A DNA stretch of 63,527 nucleotides, filler included, from Aduncisulcus paluster (Eukaryota), in the NCBI GenBank assembly GCA_024181965.1. It is 21 parts of 21 records of this genome, joined end to end, with 100 filler letters (N's around TTAATTAATTAA, not from the genome) between each part and the next. Parts side by side here need not be neighbours in the genome. Positions count along the whole stretch, not along the records: positions 1 to 3,787 come from BQXS01012217.1; positions 3,888 to 7,764 come from BQXS01012218.1; positions 7,865 to 9,006 come from BQXS01012220.1; positions 9,107 to 10,357 come from BQXS01012221.1; 17 more parts are not named here. The stretch is one strand, 5' to 3'. The notes under the pieces are model-generated. The model did not search any database and was not told where the DNA came from. It worked only from the letters and a program-made list of their open reading frames with translations. The translations under genes and the position numbers were made by a program. Below, in pieces: positions 1-10,457 of the stretch (within the stretch, counting starts at the first letter, position 1; each line of letters opens with the position of its first letter).

Positions 1-2
1 AA

Positions 3-2108
3 CAGACAATCATCAAAGATTTTAGTACCCGATCTCCTTCTTTTTCTCCTCGGTCCATTCGGGTATCTGATAATAATACTCCCATTCAAACACATATTAC
101 CACATCTTTTTCAACTCCTCTTCAACACGAATTGCATGATACCTCTACCCAGCCAGAAGGCTCTGACAGAACAAAACCCCACAGGGATGATATCTCTTCT
201 ATTTCCACTTCTGTTGGTGGTGACAATCCTCATCCGTCGACTATATCCCTGAGAAGGAGTATATTCACAAGCCCTTTGACGAAAGAAGACATTGTGGCTC
301 ATCCACCTGCTTCGTCTCCACCTAAAAATAGTACCTTGAGAAAGAACTTTGTTTCTAAGAATGCCAGTAGTGGTGTTATTCGAGATTCCGATTCTTCTCT
401 CCCTCCAAGGCCAAAAATAGAACAAGGGATGTCACCATCTGTGTCAACTCCGATTCGAAATGCCATGATGATGACTCATTCCGATAGTTTCCGTGGTTAT
501 TCTTCTTCTGGTAAAGATCGTCAGAGAAGGGAGAATCGGTTGAAAAAGGCGGCAAACATTGATATGTTTTCAAAGCCAACTCAGCAACATAGTCTTTCCT
601 TTTCATCACAGTCCTCTGACGTTGTCGCTGGAACAATGGGTGTTGGCAATGCTATACCTCACACTGCTATCGAAACTGAAAAAAAACCCACTGGAACTTC
701 CTTATCTCATCGTCCCTCTTCAAACCCCCCACAAACCATTAAAAGTGGCACTGAATCTGGACAACTTGGTCACATGGCATCTACTTTCACTGGCCTTACC
801 GGAATGTCTGCTTCAATTCCTGCTCCTTTGCAGAAAAAAGAAGTTAATTCGGCTGTTTCAATGCTCTCTGCCTCTGTTGCCAATTTTGATGAGAAAGCTG
901 GAGCTGCAATTCACCGAAAAGAAGTGAAACAACGTCTCGAACAAAGAAAACGCCTTGAAAAGGAAGAACGTGAAAGAATTCGTTTAAAACAACGGGAAAA
1001 GGAGGAGAATGAAAGAAAAGCTGCGGAGGAAGAGAGGAGAAGAGTTCATGAGTCACTTATTTCTGGTATTGAAAAGACATCTGAATCCTCTCCCACTTGC
1101 CACACAAAGATTGACACGAGTGTTGAAGGATACCATAAGAGAACCCTTGATAGTGAAGTTGATGTCGAATGGAAAGAAACTCACCCACGTTCATCTGTGT
1201 CCACAATTGTTGAAAAATCGACTGAAAGTGATAATAACAATCCATTGAATGCACAAGATGCACAAGAGGATCACGAGAAATCGCTGCATTCAACCCCTAT
1301 GGCATCTTCCCCTACCCTCGGCTGGGATGCTCCTTCACCCTCTCCTTTTGTCAATATCCAGTCCAAGAAAGAGTCAGGATTGCCAATGTCTGAAGGTTCC
1401 CGTGGATCTTCTGTTTCCATGAATGCCTCATCTTCATCATTTATTCATTCCACGAGAGCTGAGAAATTATCCCAACTTCAGCAGGGAATTCCTTCCAGAA
1501 CTTACAATATCCAAAGATCAGCAAGGTTAAGTTCCACGCAATCCTTTTCTTCACCTAAAGTGACCAAACCCAACAAAACTGTTTCTTCTTCGACATGTTC
1601 TTCTTCTTCTTCTCCTGCCGATTCCACTCAATCTCCCTCCCTTGGAGTTGAAATGCTTTCTTCTTCCCTGAAGCCTGACTTTTTCCCATCTCACCCAAGT
1701 CCAAAAGTCAGTGTTGGAAATGCCGTCAGGGGCAGACAAAGGGCTTTAGAGGGAACAATAAGTGGAATGCAGGCGAAACAAACAGTTGAAAAGCTCATCA
1801 AGTCAAAGGAAAAAAGTGGTATATTTGGGTTTATGCCGACAGAATCCCTCGATCTTGAGACCTATTCCTCATCCAAACCAATTATTTCCACTCATATAAC
1901 AAACTCACAAGCTTTTATCTCCGCTTCTTCTCTTCCTCCTTCTCCTTCTCCGAGACCCCCAAAACCTTCACTTGGGACAAATTCTGGATTGGATTCCAAG
2001 ACATCTCATTGTTCAAAAGTTAAATCGAGCATAAAATCGCCTCCTCCTTCTCCAGCCAGTAATACTCGTGAAAGAGCTGTTTTCCTGTCAACATCTTTCC
2101 ATGAATAA
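3..2108 (+). CDS. Ser/Pro-rich low-complexity hypothetical protein with a short E/R/K coiled coil (5'-truncated)
   Basis: The frame is open from position 3 through the listed 658-aa ORF to TAA at 2106-2108. No recognisable domain. Confidence 0.75.
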   Translation, partial: QTIIKDFSTRSPSFSPRSIRVSDNNTPIQTHITTSFSTPLQHELHDTSTQPEGSDRTKPHRDDISSISTSVGGDNPHPSTISLRRSIFTSPLTKEDIVAHPPASSPPKNSTLRKNFVSKNASSGVIRDSDSSLPPRPKIEQGMSPSVSTPIRNAMMMTHSDSFRGYSSSGKDRQRRENRLKKAANIDMFSKPTQQHSLSFSSQSSDVVAGTMGVGNAIPHTAIETEKKPTGTSLSHRPSSNPPQTIKSGTESGQLGHMASTFTGLTGMSASIPAPLQKKEVNSAVSMLSASVANFDEKAGAAIHRKEVKQRLEQRKRLEKEERERIRLKQREKEENERKAAEEERRRVHESLISGIEKTSESSPTCHTKIDTSVEGYHKRTLDSEVDVEWKETHPRSSVSTIVEKSTESDNNNPLNAQDAQEDHEKSLHSTPMASSPTLGWDAPSPSPFVNIQSKKESGLPMSEGSRGSSVSMNASSSSFIHSTRAEKLSQLQQGIPSRTYNIQRSARLSSTQSFSSPKVTKPNKTVSSSTCSSSSSPADSTQSPSLGVEMLSSSLKPDFFPSHPSPKVSVGNAVRGRQRALEGTISGMQAKQTVEKLIKSKEKSGIFGFMPTESLDLETYSSSKPIISTHITNSQAFISASSLPPSPSPRPPKPSLGTNSGLDSKTSHCSKVKSSIKSPPPSPASNTRERAVFLSTSFHE

Positions 2109-3622
2109 TAGGCTGTCGTCCCATTGGATTCAAATATTATCAATATAATAATAAATGTATTAAATGTTTCAACCCAATGAAACTCATTCTTCGATAAATA
2201 GATCTAAAGTTCTTAATTAATTTGCATTATCATTATTCGTGACTCATTCGGAGTGAAGATCATTAATTTTCTTGTTTCCATGGTATCCCTTTGCATAAAT
2301 ATTTGGATGTCTTTTCCATTTTTTGAGGTATTTCCGAGAGGATGTGTGGAGTGGGATTATTTAACCCAAACAAAACACGATAAAAACATAAACATAAGAG
2401 TTTTGTTTTAATTGTGTCTTTCAACTTCGGAGGTGGTAATAATGTCCTTTCTTTGGAAGATTTTCGACGTTTTGACCTTCCGAATCGAACACATTTTGAT
2501 TTGTCCTGAAATGATATTTTCTGGTCTGAAGTTGGGCTTTTTTGAGATAGTGATTTGTGAAATAACTCAGAAATATCCATCTTATTATGTGAATAAATGC
2601 CAGGAAAACTATCAAATCGAAATCCAAACAAATAATATAAAAAGAGATATTAAACAAATGACAGCAATCGAAAGACAAAAAATAAATCTGGAGATAACGT
2701 GGATGATTTAAATAAGATTTAATAAAAATTTTTCCTTATACCAACGAAACGTAGCCAAGGAAAACTGGATTAAAAAATTTCCGACAACTTCATGGATGCT
2801 ATCTGAATGTATTCTCCCACCAATGCAAGTAATATCCTTAATCTCCATTAATTGCATTTTATTACCAATATAATACCATTGTACTTGCAAGTCATCCTAT
2901 GTTTTCCAATGACAACAATGTTTCTGAAACAAAAGGTCTTTCTTCGATGAGAGTGTTTAAACCTTCGGCATAGTAGTTTAACGGGAGAACATCCATCTAC
3001 TACTTTGAAGATGGTTCAACAAATGTTGAAACAACTACGATGTATTGTGTGGAAAGTATTGGTTCGACTCCAGTCAGTTGCCGTTTTTTAAAATTTTTGA
3101 TTTTCTTATTCTCTTTATTTGAGCTTGAATTCCATTTTAAACCTCGAATTTGCATTGTACAGACCTTTTTACCTTTTCAATCATCCCAGTTTAACCCGAA
3201 TATAACCCGTTTTGGACATGATATGAAATCTCGACTCTCAAAAACACAAAACCATGCTCTCTAGCATTATTGAGGAAAGACCGAAATCTAATATTTCTGG
3301 ATTATGTCTCACGCAAGACTTACCAACAAGATATCATTCATATCCTCTGCAATATATGTGCTCTTGATGGATGATGATAAAAGTTCTCCCTTTTCGTTGT
3401 GTCTCGGTCAACATTGTTCCATTTCATGCGTGATATCCTTTTATTCTAGCATCTTCTTGATACAATTCTGATGTACAAATGTTTGTACCTCTCCATGTTC
3501 CGTCTGAACGCTGATGATGATCCTCTATTCGTCAAATAGAGTTTGTTTGACCATTTTTCTTTCAACGATTTCTTTGTTCGAAAGCATTTTTTTTGTCCTA
3601 ACGTAAACCTTAAATCGCAACT

Positions 3623-3787
3623 ATGTCCGATTACTACGATACCATTGATATCCACAACGTCATCACTCTCAAGTATGGTACTACCAAACAATCATGCTTC
3701 TTTGGAGTTGGTGCTCTGAACAAGTTTGGCGACATTCTTGATGCCGAGAAACCCAAATGTGTCGGGTTTGTGTGTTCAAGGTCTGCT
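3623..3787 (+). CDS. Iron-containing alcohol dehydrogenase, N-terminal fragment
   Basis: MSDYYDTIDIHNVITLKYGTTKQSCFFGVGALNKFGDIL...VGFVCSRSA matches the Fe-ADH N-terminal FGxGA motif of prokaryotic enzymes. Cut by the linker. Confidence 0.7.
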
Positions 3788-3887
3788 NNNNNNNNNNNNN
3801 NNNNNNNNNNNNNNNNNNNNNNNNNNNNNNNTTAATTAATTAANNNNNNNNNNNNNNNNNNNNNNNNNNNNNNNNNNNNNNNNNNNN
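3788..3887. other. Artificial contig-joining linker (first of 20)
   Basis: 44 N + TTAATTAATTAA (stops in all six frames) + 44 N. The same 100-nt linker starts at 3788, 7765, 9007, 10358, 17504, 19043, 24274, 25454, 26862, 28117, 30997, 32167, 33333, 35364, 39343, 43645, 45450, 46606, 60045 and 62301. Confidence 0.99.
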
Positions 3888-4259
3888 ATAACAAAATTGA
3901 AAAATGTGACATTTCCTGAGATCATGATATCAAGCCGAAAATTCAAAAAAATTCAATCATGGGAATTGATATCCGTTTTCAGGTTTTGATGGAATATTTG
4001 TCAATTAAAATGCATTATGTTTCATTTATGTGTATTAATATAGCGTAACTAACTCAGTTTTTTATTCTGGAATTGTCTTTGTGTTTTAGCCTGTTTTCTT
4101 TTTGGATATTTATGTAAATAAAATCTTTATTTAAAAATAATTTTGGTTGATGCGAGTTTTATTGTTGCCATCTTATTCAAACTTCATCCACAAATCCAAA
4201 ATAGTTGATGGGCACTTTTTTCTTTCTGACGACGAAATTGATTCGTATCTTTGATTAAT

Positions 4260-5694
4260 ATGCAATTATCTAACATTTTACTTGTTTGTCTTGTTCTTCT
4301 CTTTTCTGTTGGTGTATTTGCCGACAACTACGCCGTTGTTGTTGCTGGAAGTAGCACTTATTCTAACTACAGACATCAAGCTGATGCTTCTCACGCTTAT
4401 CAGCTTCTTGTTGGTCGTGGAATTCCCGATGAAAACATCACAATCATGATGTATGATGATATTGCTGAAAACTCCCAAAACCCTTACCCTGGAACTATTA
4501 TCAATGCTCCTGATGGAGACAATGTTTACCCTGGTTCTGATCGTATCGATTACTCTGGAAAAGATGTCACTCCCGACAACTTCATGAATGTTCTTAAGTC
4601 CCTTCCTTCTTCTCGTGCCAATGGAGACAAGGTCTTTGTTTTCTTCTCTGACCATGGTAGTTATGGACACATTTGCTTCCCATCTGGTGGAAACCTCTAC
4701 GCTGACCAACTCAAGGATACCGTTAACTACATGTACACCAACGCCATGTATGACCAGCTTGTTGTGTACATCGAAGCTTGTTACTCTGGCTCCATGGGTG
4801 ACGTGTTCCCCACTGATGCCGATGCTTACCTTACCACTGCCGCCAACGACATGGAGTCTTCCTACGCCTGTTACTGGGATGCCACCAGAGGTGCCTACNN
4901 NNNNNNNNNNNNNNNNNNAACTCAAGGATACCGTTAACTACATGTACACCAACGCCATGTATGACCAGCTTGTTGTGTACATCGAAGCTTGTTACTCTGG
5001 CTCCATGGGTGACGTGTTCCCCACTGATGCCGATGCTTACCTTACCACTGCCGCCAACGACATGGAGTCTTCCTACGCCTGTTACTGGGATGCCACCAGA
5101 GGTGCCTACCTTGGTGACCTCTACTCTGTCTCTTGGATGGAGGATGTTGACTCCCACACTGCTCCTTCTTCTGAGACTCTTGAGACCAACTACACCACTA
5201 CTCAGGCTCGTTGTGACGGTAGCTCTCACGTTATGCAGTACGGTGACCTCACTATCGACACTGAGCTCATGGATATCTTTGTCGGTGGAACTGATGCTCT
5301 CAAGCCCGCCGGTCCCTTCCCAACTACTCCCCGTGAGATTGTTCCCGTCAAGGACATTGATCTCTTTACTGCTCTTAACCGTTTCGTCGATGGAACTGGT
5401 CCTCGTTCTGCTGTCCACAATGAGATTCAGAAGCGTCGTGTCAACCGTCGCCGTTTCCAGACCATTGCTGAGCGTGTTGCCGGAGCTCACTTTGCCAATG
5501 CCCTCAAGACCCAGACCGATCGTACTCCCATCGTCGTTGGTTCTGAAGAATTCCAGTGCCACAAGGATGCCATCGAGGCATACATTGCTCGTTACGGTGC
5601 CATGGATTACCATGCTCACCAATTCTCCCATTACTTCCACGAATTATGTCATGTGAGAAACTCTGAGATCATTGTTGCCGCCATCAATGCTTAA
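4260..5694 (+). CDS. LGMN: Legumain / asparaginyl endopeptidase (peptidase C13), about 407 aa after removing the gap duplication
   Basis: Signal peptide, AVVVAGS..YSNYRHQAD, catalytic His (FSDHG) and Cys (IEACYSGSM), YLGDLYSVSWMED, SHVMQYGD. Joining 4260-4898 to 5110-5694 gives one open frame. Confidence 0.95.
4708..5109. repeat. Scaffolding artefact: 191-nt overlap duplicated on both sides of a 20-N gap
   Basis: 4708-4898 equals 4919-5109. The same pattern occurs at gaps 16037-16056, 21348-21367, 44531-44550, 50963-50982, 54218-54237 and 55999-56018. Confidence 0.95.
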
Positions 5695-5872
5695 TTTTCA
5701 CATTCCAGATCATTCCTTCACAATTATTAATTACTAATTACATTCCGAGCCTTGAAATGTGGAATTTTTGATCGGTTCGGACTCTTTGACTGAATAAAAA
5801 TCAATGATTTGAAAAAAAAATTGAAACTAATCAAAGAAATATGATGGATTTGGTAACCTTTTATTTCTATAT

Positions 5873-6856
5873 TTAGAATTTGTTGACTTGACAGAGGAAA
5901 GTTCCTTTTTCGAAGAATTCTTGAGTAATTTCAGCGCAGAAGAGACCAGTGGTGGCTTGAGCCTCATCAGTAGAAGCACCAACGTGAGGAGTGGCAACGA
6001 TACATTTCTTGCAGAGGGCAGCAAGGTCCTCAGGGAACATGGCACCCTTGGTGGGCTTGGGTTCACCCTCGTAAACATCAAGAGCAGCACGGATTCCCTT
6101 GGTGTCAATGGCCTTCTCAAGAGCCTTCAAATCGGTAACACCTCCACGGGAGACATCAATGAAAATAGCTCCTTCCTTGGCAGCAGCGAAGAATTCCTCG
6201 CCACAAAGGTGTTTAGTGCCTTCCTTGAGGGGTAAGTGAACAGAAATGACGTCAGAAACCTTGGCAAGTTCAATGGCGTTTTCAGCCTTGACAACACCGA
6301 GTTCAGCAGCAAGTTCATCAGTGAGGGAACGAGAGCAGCAGACGACCTTCATCCCAAGAGCCTTACCGGCAGCCCACACACGTTGAGCAATGTGACCCTT
6401 TCCGAGGACACCAAGAGTCTTTCCACAAATACCCATACCACATTTAGAGAAGGATTTCTTGTCGAACTTACCTTCAAGGGAGGCAAAGTGAGCAGCGGGA
6501 ATTTGTCTGTCGGCAGCAATCATGAGACCAACGGCGAGCTCAGCGACGGCAGCGGCATTCTTTCCTGGACAGTTGCAGACAGCAACTCCCTTTTCACCGG
6601 CATATTCGAACTTGATGGTGTTGTAACCAGAACCAGCACGAATAATGACTTTAAGGTTATCTTTGACACCAGCATCGATATGTTTCTCAAGAACTTTTGT
6701 AGAACGAACAATAAGAACGTGGGGTTTGATCTTGATAATGTTTTCGAGAAGAACTTCATCATCACAGTTGATTACAGTGAGATCATAACCCAATTCATGG
6801 ATCTTGGCTTGAGCAGCAGGGTGCATGTCATCGGCACTGAATACAATTTTGGACAT
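5873..6856 (-). CDS. D-isomer 2-hydroxyacid dehydrogenase, D-3-phosphoglycerate dehydrogenase-like (short, no ACT domain)
   Basis: LIVRSTK, IIRAGSGYNTI, NCPGKNAAAVAELAVGLMIA, GVLGKGHIA, ISVHLPL, DVSRG, ALDVYEGEP, TPHVGAST. ATG is at 6856; the ORF-track start is a TTG. Confidence 0.9.
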   Translation of the reverse strand: MSKIVFSADDMHPAAQAKIHELGYDLTVINCDDEVLLENIIKIKPHVLIVRSTKVLEKHIDAGVKDNLKVIIRAGSGYNTIKFEYAGEKGVAVCNCPGKNAAAVAELAVGLMIAADRQIPAAHFASLEGKFDKKSFSKCGMGICGKTLGVLGKGHIAQRVWAAGKALGMKVVCCSRSLTDELAAELGVVKAENAIELAKVSDVISVHLPLKEGTKHLCGEEFFAAAKEGAIFIDVSRGGVTDLKALEKAIDTKGIRAALDVYEGEPKPTKGAMFPEDLAALCKKCIVATPHVGASTDEAQATTGLFCAEITQEFFEKGTFLCQVNKF

Positions 6857-7616
6857 TATGGAATTTTTCTTGCTATGTGAGGCAAAACGTGACAATCAGT
6901 TGATAGTCAAACGAGTTCCAACTAATAAAAATTTGAAAATGGAAGAACATAAGGAATTATTCGAATACGATAAATTTAATAAATTTTAAAACTCCTTTTG
7001 ATTTTATTGTTTCATTTTTCTGAAGCCGAACAAGAAAATGTCTGTACCTCTCGAATTTGCACTAATTCATGCTTGATTTTGCATTTAATTTTATTTTTTG
7101 TGCCATTTTTATAAAATTCATTGCTTATGCTAACGATATTTTGAATTTTTCGTTCATGAGTAAATTGAATGGGGGTTTTGGCTTTATTGCGCATATTAAA
7201 GGAGTTAAAATGACTTTAGATTGTTTTTATATCAGAATTTTCGAATGAAAGGCGTATAGTTTATATCTAAATTGCAAATTTCTTGGGTAATTTCATGAAG
7301 AGTCACTCTTGAACGGTTCAGTTGACATAATTCATTATTAATTTGGATCAAATGTGTCTTTGATTTTTTTTTGTTTGTTGGTCACTGCTAATTTGTGAAA
7401 GTACATTCCTACGATGTCCTGCGAAGATTACAATCATTTCCATTATCACTGTTTGTCAAGTGAATCCATTTGAATTTTTATTTAGAAAATTCATTATTTT
7501 CATATATTTCTTTGTTTCAATTGCAATTTAGTTATTTTTGTATTATCTTGATATTTTTTACCAAGCTATTATTCAGCACATATATTCGCTCTCTCTTTTC
7601 ATTTTAGGATATAACA

Positions 7617-7764
7617 ATGACATCTCTGTTGATAAATTTTCTTTTTTTCATAATATTTTTCATTTTGAAAACTCAAGCGTCGTTTATTCTCGAAAATGAA
7701 GTTGGTACCGACTCCTCTGTCATATCGTCGCTAAAGATTGATCCGCATGATATATTGTATGAAC
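7617..7764 (+). CDS. Secreted/surface protein N-terminus (truncated)
   Basis: ATG followed by a hydrophobic signal-like stretch (LLINFLFFIIFFILKTQA); open to the linker. Confidence 0.5.
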
Positions 7765-7865
7765 NNNNNNNNNNNNNNNNNNNNNNNNNNNNNNNNNNNN
7801 NNNNNNNNTTAATTAATTAANNNNNNNNNNNNNNNNNNNNNNNNNNNNNNNNNNNNNNNNNNNNA

Positions 7866-8075
7866 CAGCTTCTAGAAAGAGATTTTCCTTTGTTGTTAAA
7901 ATACAAAGAATTCATTTACTCCATTCCATTTTCTTCAGCAGCGATCGAACGATTTTTTAGTACACTCACATATATTAATCAATCAAGAAGACGGCATATG
8001 AAAACGAGAACTCTTGTTCGTGAAGGAATGTATTCCTTCAATCTACAACAAGTGGAACAAATAGATAAAGAATAA
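7866..8075 (+). mobile_element. hAT transposase C-terminal (dimerisation) region, 5'-truncated
   Basis: FPLL..YSIPFSSAAIERFFS...RRRHM matches the hAT S-I-P-x-S-S-A-x-x-E-R-x-F-S motif that holds the catalytic Glu. Confidence 0.8.
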
Positions 8076-9106
8076 ATGTTTATTATGATGTTTTAATTTC
8101 AAAAATGTCATTTTTATTGAAATAGTATTTATAGGTTGGATGTTAGTGATGACGATTTCAGAAAGAAGATAATTCCAAAATAATTGTAAAAATAATAATA
8201 TTATTAAGTTTTATTAATAATTCATTTTATTTTTTTATTTTTTTTCTTAATTTAGGAGAAATAAAAATAAACATCGAAAAACGGCCACTTTACTTTATAA
8301 AAATGAAAAAAATGCCGGGATAAAGGGGCAAAAAGGGACCCCCCTCAAAAATCACGGGAAAAAAGAGCCAGCGGGTTGGATAATCACCGGGGGGAGGGGG
8401 GTACTATCAGCATCCCCCGGTGATCATTTGAATTAAAATAAAGTATAAAAAAAAGATCATCTGTAATAATTATTCGAATATTAAATTATAATTAAAAAAT
8501 TTTTTTACATACCATTTTACCAAAAAAAAGACTTGCAACTATCCCACATAGACTTTTTGACGATCATAGATAATCAGTCATAAATAGTTTTATTCATTTC
8601 CAATAAAGAAGTTTTCTTATTTTTTTCATCAAAATTATTAGCCATTTAAGTGGTAAAATTGATTTTATTATGGCCTTGATAAGGTGCACTATATAAAAAC
8701 AATAATCAATAAATAAGAAGATATTTCTCTTTTAATTTGATTTATTATGATATTTTTATAATAAAATGCTATTACAATGGTTAGATATTATATCTGTGAT
8801 ATTTGAGTTTTAAGATTTATTAATTCATTTTTCTTTAATAATATTTCCCATTTATTCAAAAAATCCATTTTTTAAAAATGGAGAAATGCACCACAGCAAG
8901 AATAAAACATGACATTTGAAGATTGATGATCTTCGGAAATATAATAGGGGAAAATATTTCATCGATTGGAATAGCGTTTATTATTTCATTTAAGAAGAAT
9001 ATATTCNNNNNNNNNNNNNNNNNNNNNNNNNNNNNNNNNNNNNNNNNNNNTTAATTAATTAANNNNNNNNNNNNNNNNNNNNNNNNNNNNNNNNNNNNNN
9101 NNNNNN

Positions 9107-10357
9107 CGCCAAGGAGACTCCATGAGCCCATGCAATGGCAACTTGCTCTGCATTGAGAGAGTAAGTATTCCCCTTGTGTCGCCACTTCCGGTTCTTGGAC
9201 CGCATCAACAACTGTTTCTTCCTCCAAGGCTCCACTGCGTCGGAGCGAGCCTTCCTTACCCACGCTTTGGTGGCTGTGACCATCTGCTCAGGGGCCTTCT
9301 TGTACATTGCCCTGAGCTCAGCCCAGTATTTTGAGATCTCCTCTTTCGTGAGAGGGACATTGTGAGTTCCAAATGGTTTGGACGCACCACCATCTTTTCT
9401 GAGACAGCATGGCGCTGGGTGATTTGACATCCCACAGTACACACATGGGGGAAATGCTCCCTTGGTACTCTTGATACCCCAGTATTTGCCTGGTTGCTCA
9501 GGAGGATTCACATGAGGAATCGGAGACTCACTGAGTTCTGACACGTCTTGATTGCCACTATCTTCTTCTTCAGACTCTTTGTCGCCTTCTTTCCTTCTTG
9601 AAGAAGATCTTCGTGACCCTGTGTGAGGGTTCATTCCTGCAGCGAAGGCGAGCTTTTCATCAAGCCCTCGTGCACATTCACTCAGAATGTCCAATGCTTG
9701 GCCCAGACTAATGTGTTCTTCGGGCTTCAGCTTCTTCCTCTCCTCCTTCATGGCTGAGGACACTTTCTCCAGCATTGCCGGATTCTGGATTCCTTCAGTA
9801 AAGGCCTCCAGAAGCTTCTCTTTGAGAGCAGGTTCCACTCCATCTAGGGAGTAAACTCTTCTCAATGCTGACCATTGGCCAATGTAGGTCTCAATGACAG
9901 CACCGGACATCTTGGATCCTGTAGCATATCGTTTTGCCTCTTTGAAGAGCTTGGTCTCCAATGCTGATCCTACTGTGACCTTTTGTTTCAAGATCGCTGT
10001 CACTACCATCCTGGTATGAGCAGGGTCACGCAGGTTCAACTGGAAGCCTGGTTGTTCGGCATAGTGAGCTCGAACCTTCTCTTGAAGCTTCCGATCTGTA
10101 CCGGATGCAGTACAAGTTACCAATGAGGGGACTGTCTGCATGTTTTCCATGTACAGATCCAGCTTCGTTGCCCATTCATGGAGAGCAACGTCCTCAATCT
10201 CTTTCAACATCGGGGGAGTGGCACTTTGGGCCAATACCACCACAGGTCTCACTGACGCGCTTGACACAGATGATGTCGAGCTGTGCAGTCCTTGGTCTGC
10301 ATTCCTCTTCATGAGTTCCTCAATGGTCTGCTTCATCTTGGCCATCTCCTCTTGCAT
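9107..10357 (-). mobile_element. Retrotransposon gag-like ORF with CCHC zinc knuckle (both ends truncated)
   Basis: Open across the whole contig. CVYCGMSNHPAPCC is CX2CX4HX4C. Capsid-like helical region (FTEGIQNP). More GC-rich than host intergenic DNA. Confidence 0.7.
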
Positions 10358-10457
10358 NNNNNNNNNNNNNNNNNNNNNNNNNNNNNNNNNNNNNNNNNNN
10401 NTTAATTAATTAANNNNNNNNNNNNNNNNNNNNNNNNNNNNNNNNNNNNNNNNNNNN

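Noticed and set aside
3058..3081. tRNA-like T-arm ATTGG-TTCGACT-CCAGT
   Set aside because: No acceptor, D or anticodon stems at the required spacing.
2263..3560. Short ORFs suggesting a gene on the minus strand
   Set aside because: Stops of all three kinds and no recognisable motif; I could not build a credible gene or name a pseudogene.
3832..3843. TTAATTAATTAA recurring 20 times like a CRISPR repeat or regulatory site
   Set aside because: Always centred in 88 N; it is a six-frame-stop assembly linker.
4708..5109. Tandem duplication of the legumain catalytic Cys region
   Set aside because: An exact overlap around a 20-N gap, the same as six other gaps.
4278..6880. Long antisense ORFs over legumain and the dehydrogenase
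   Set aside because: Shadows of strong codon bias in highly expressed genes; no motifs.
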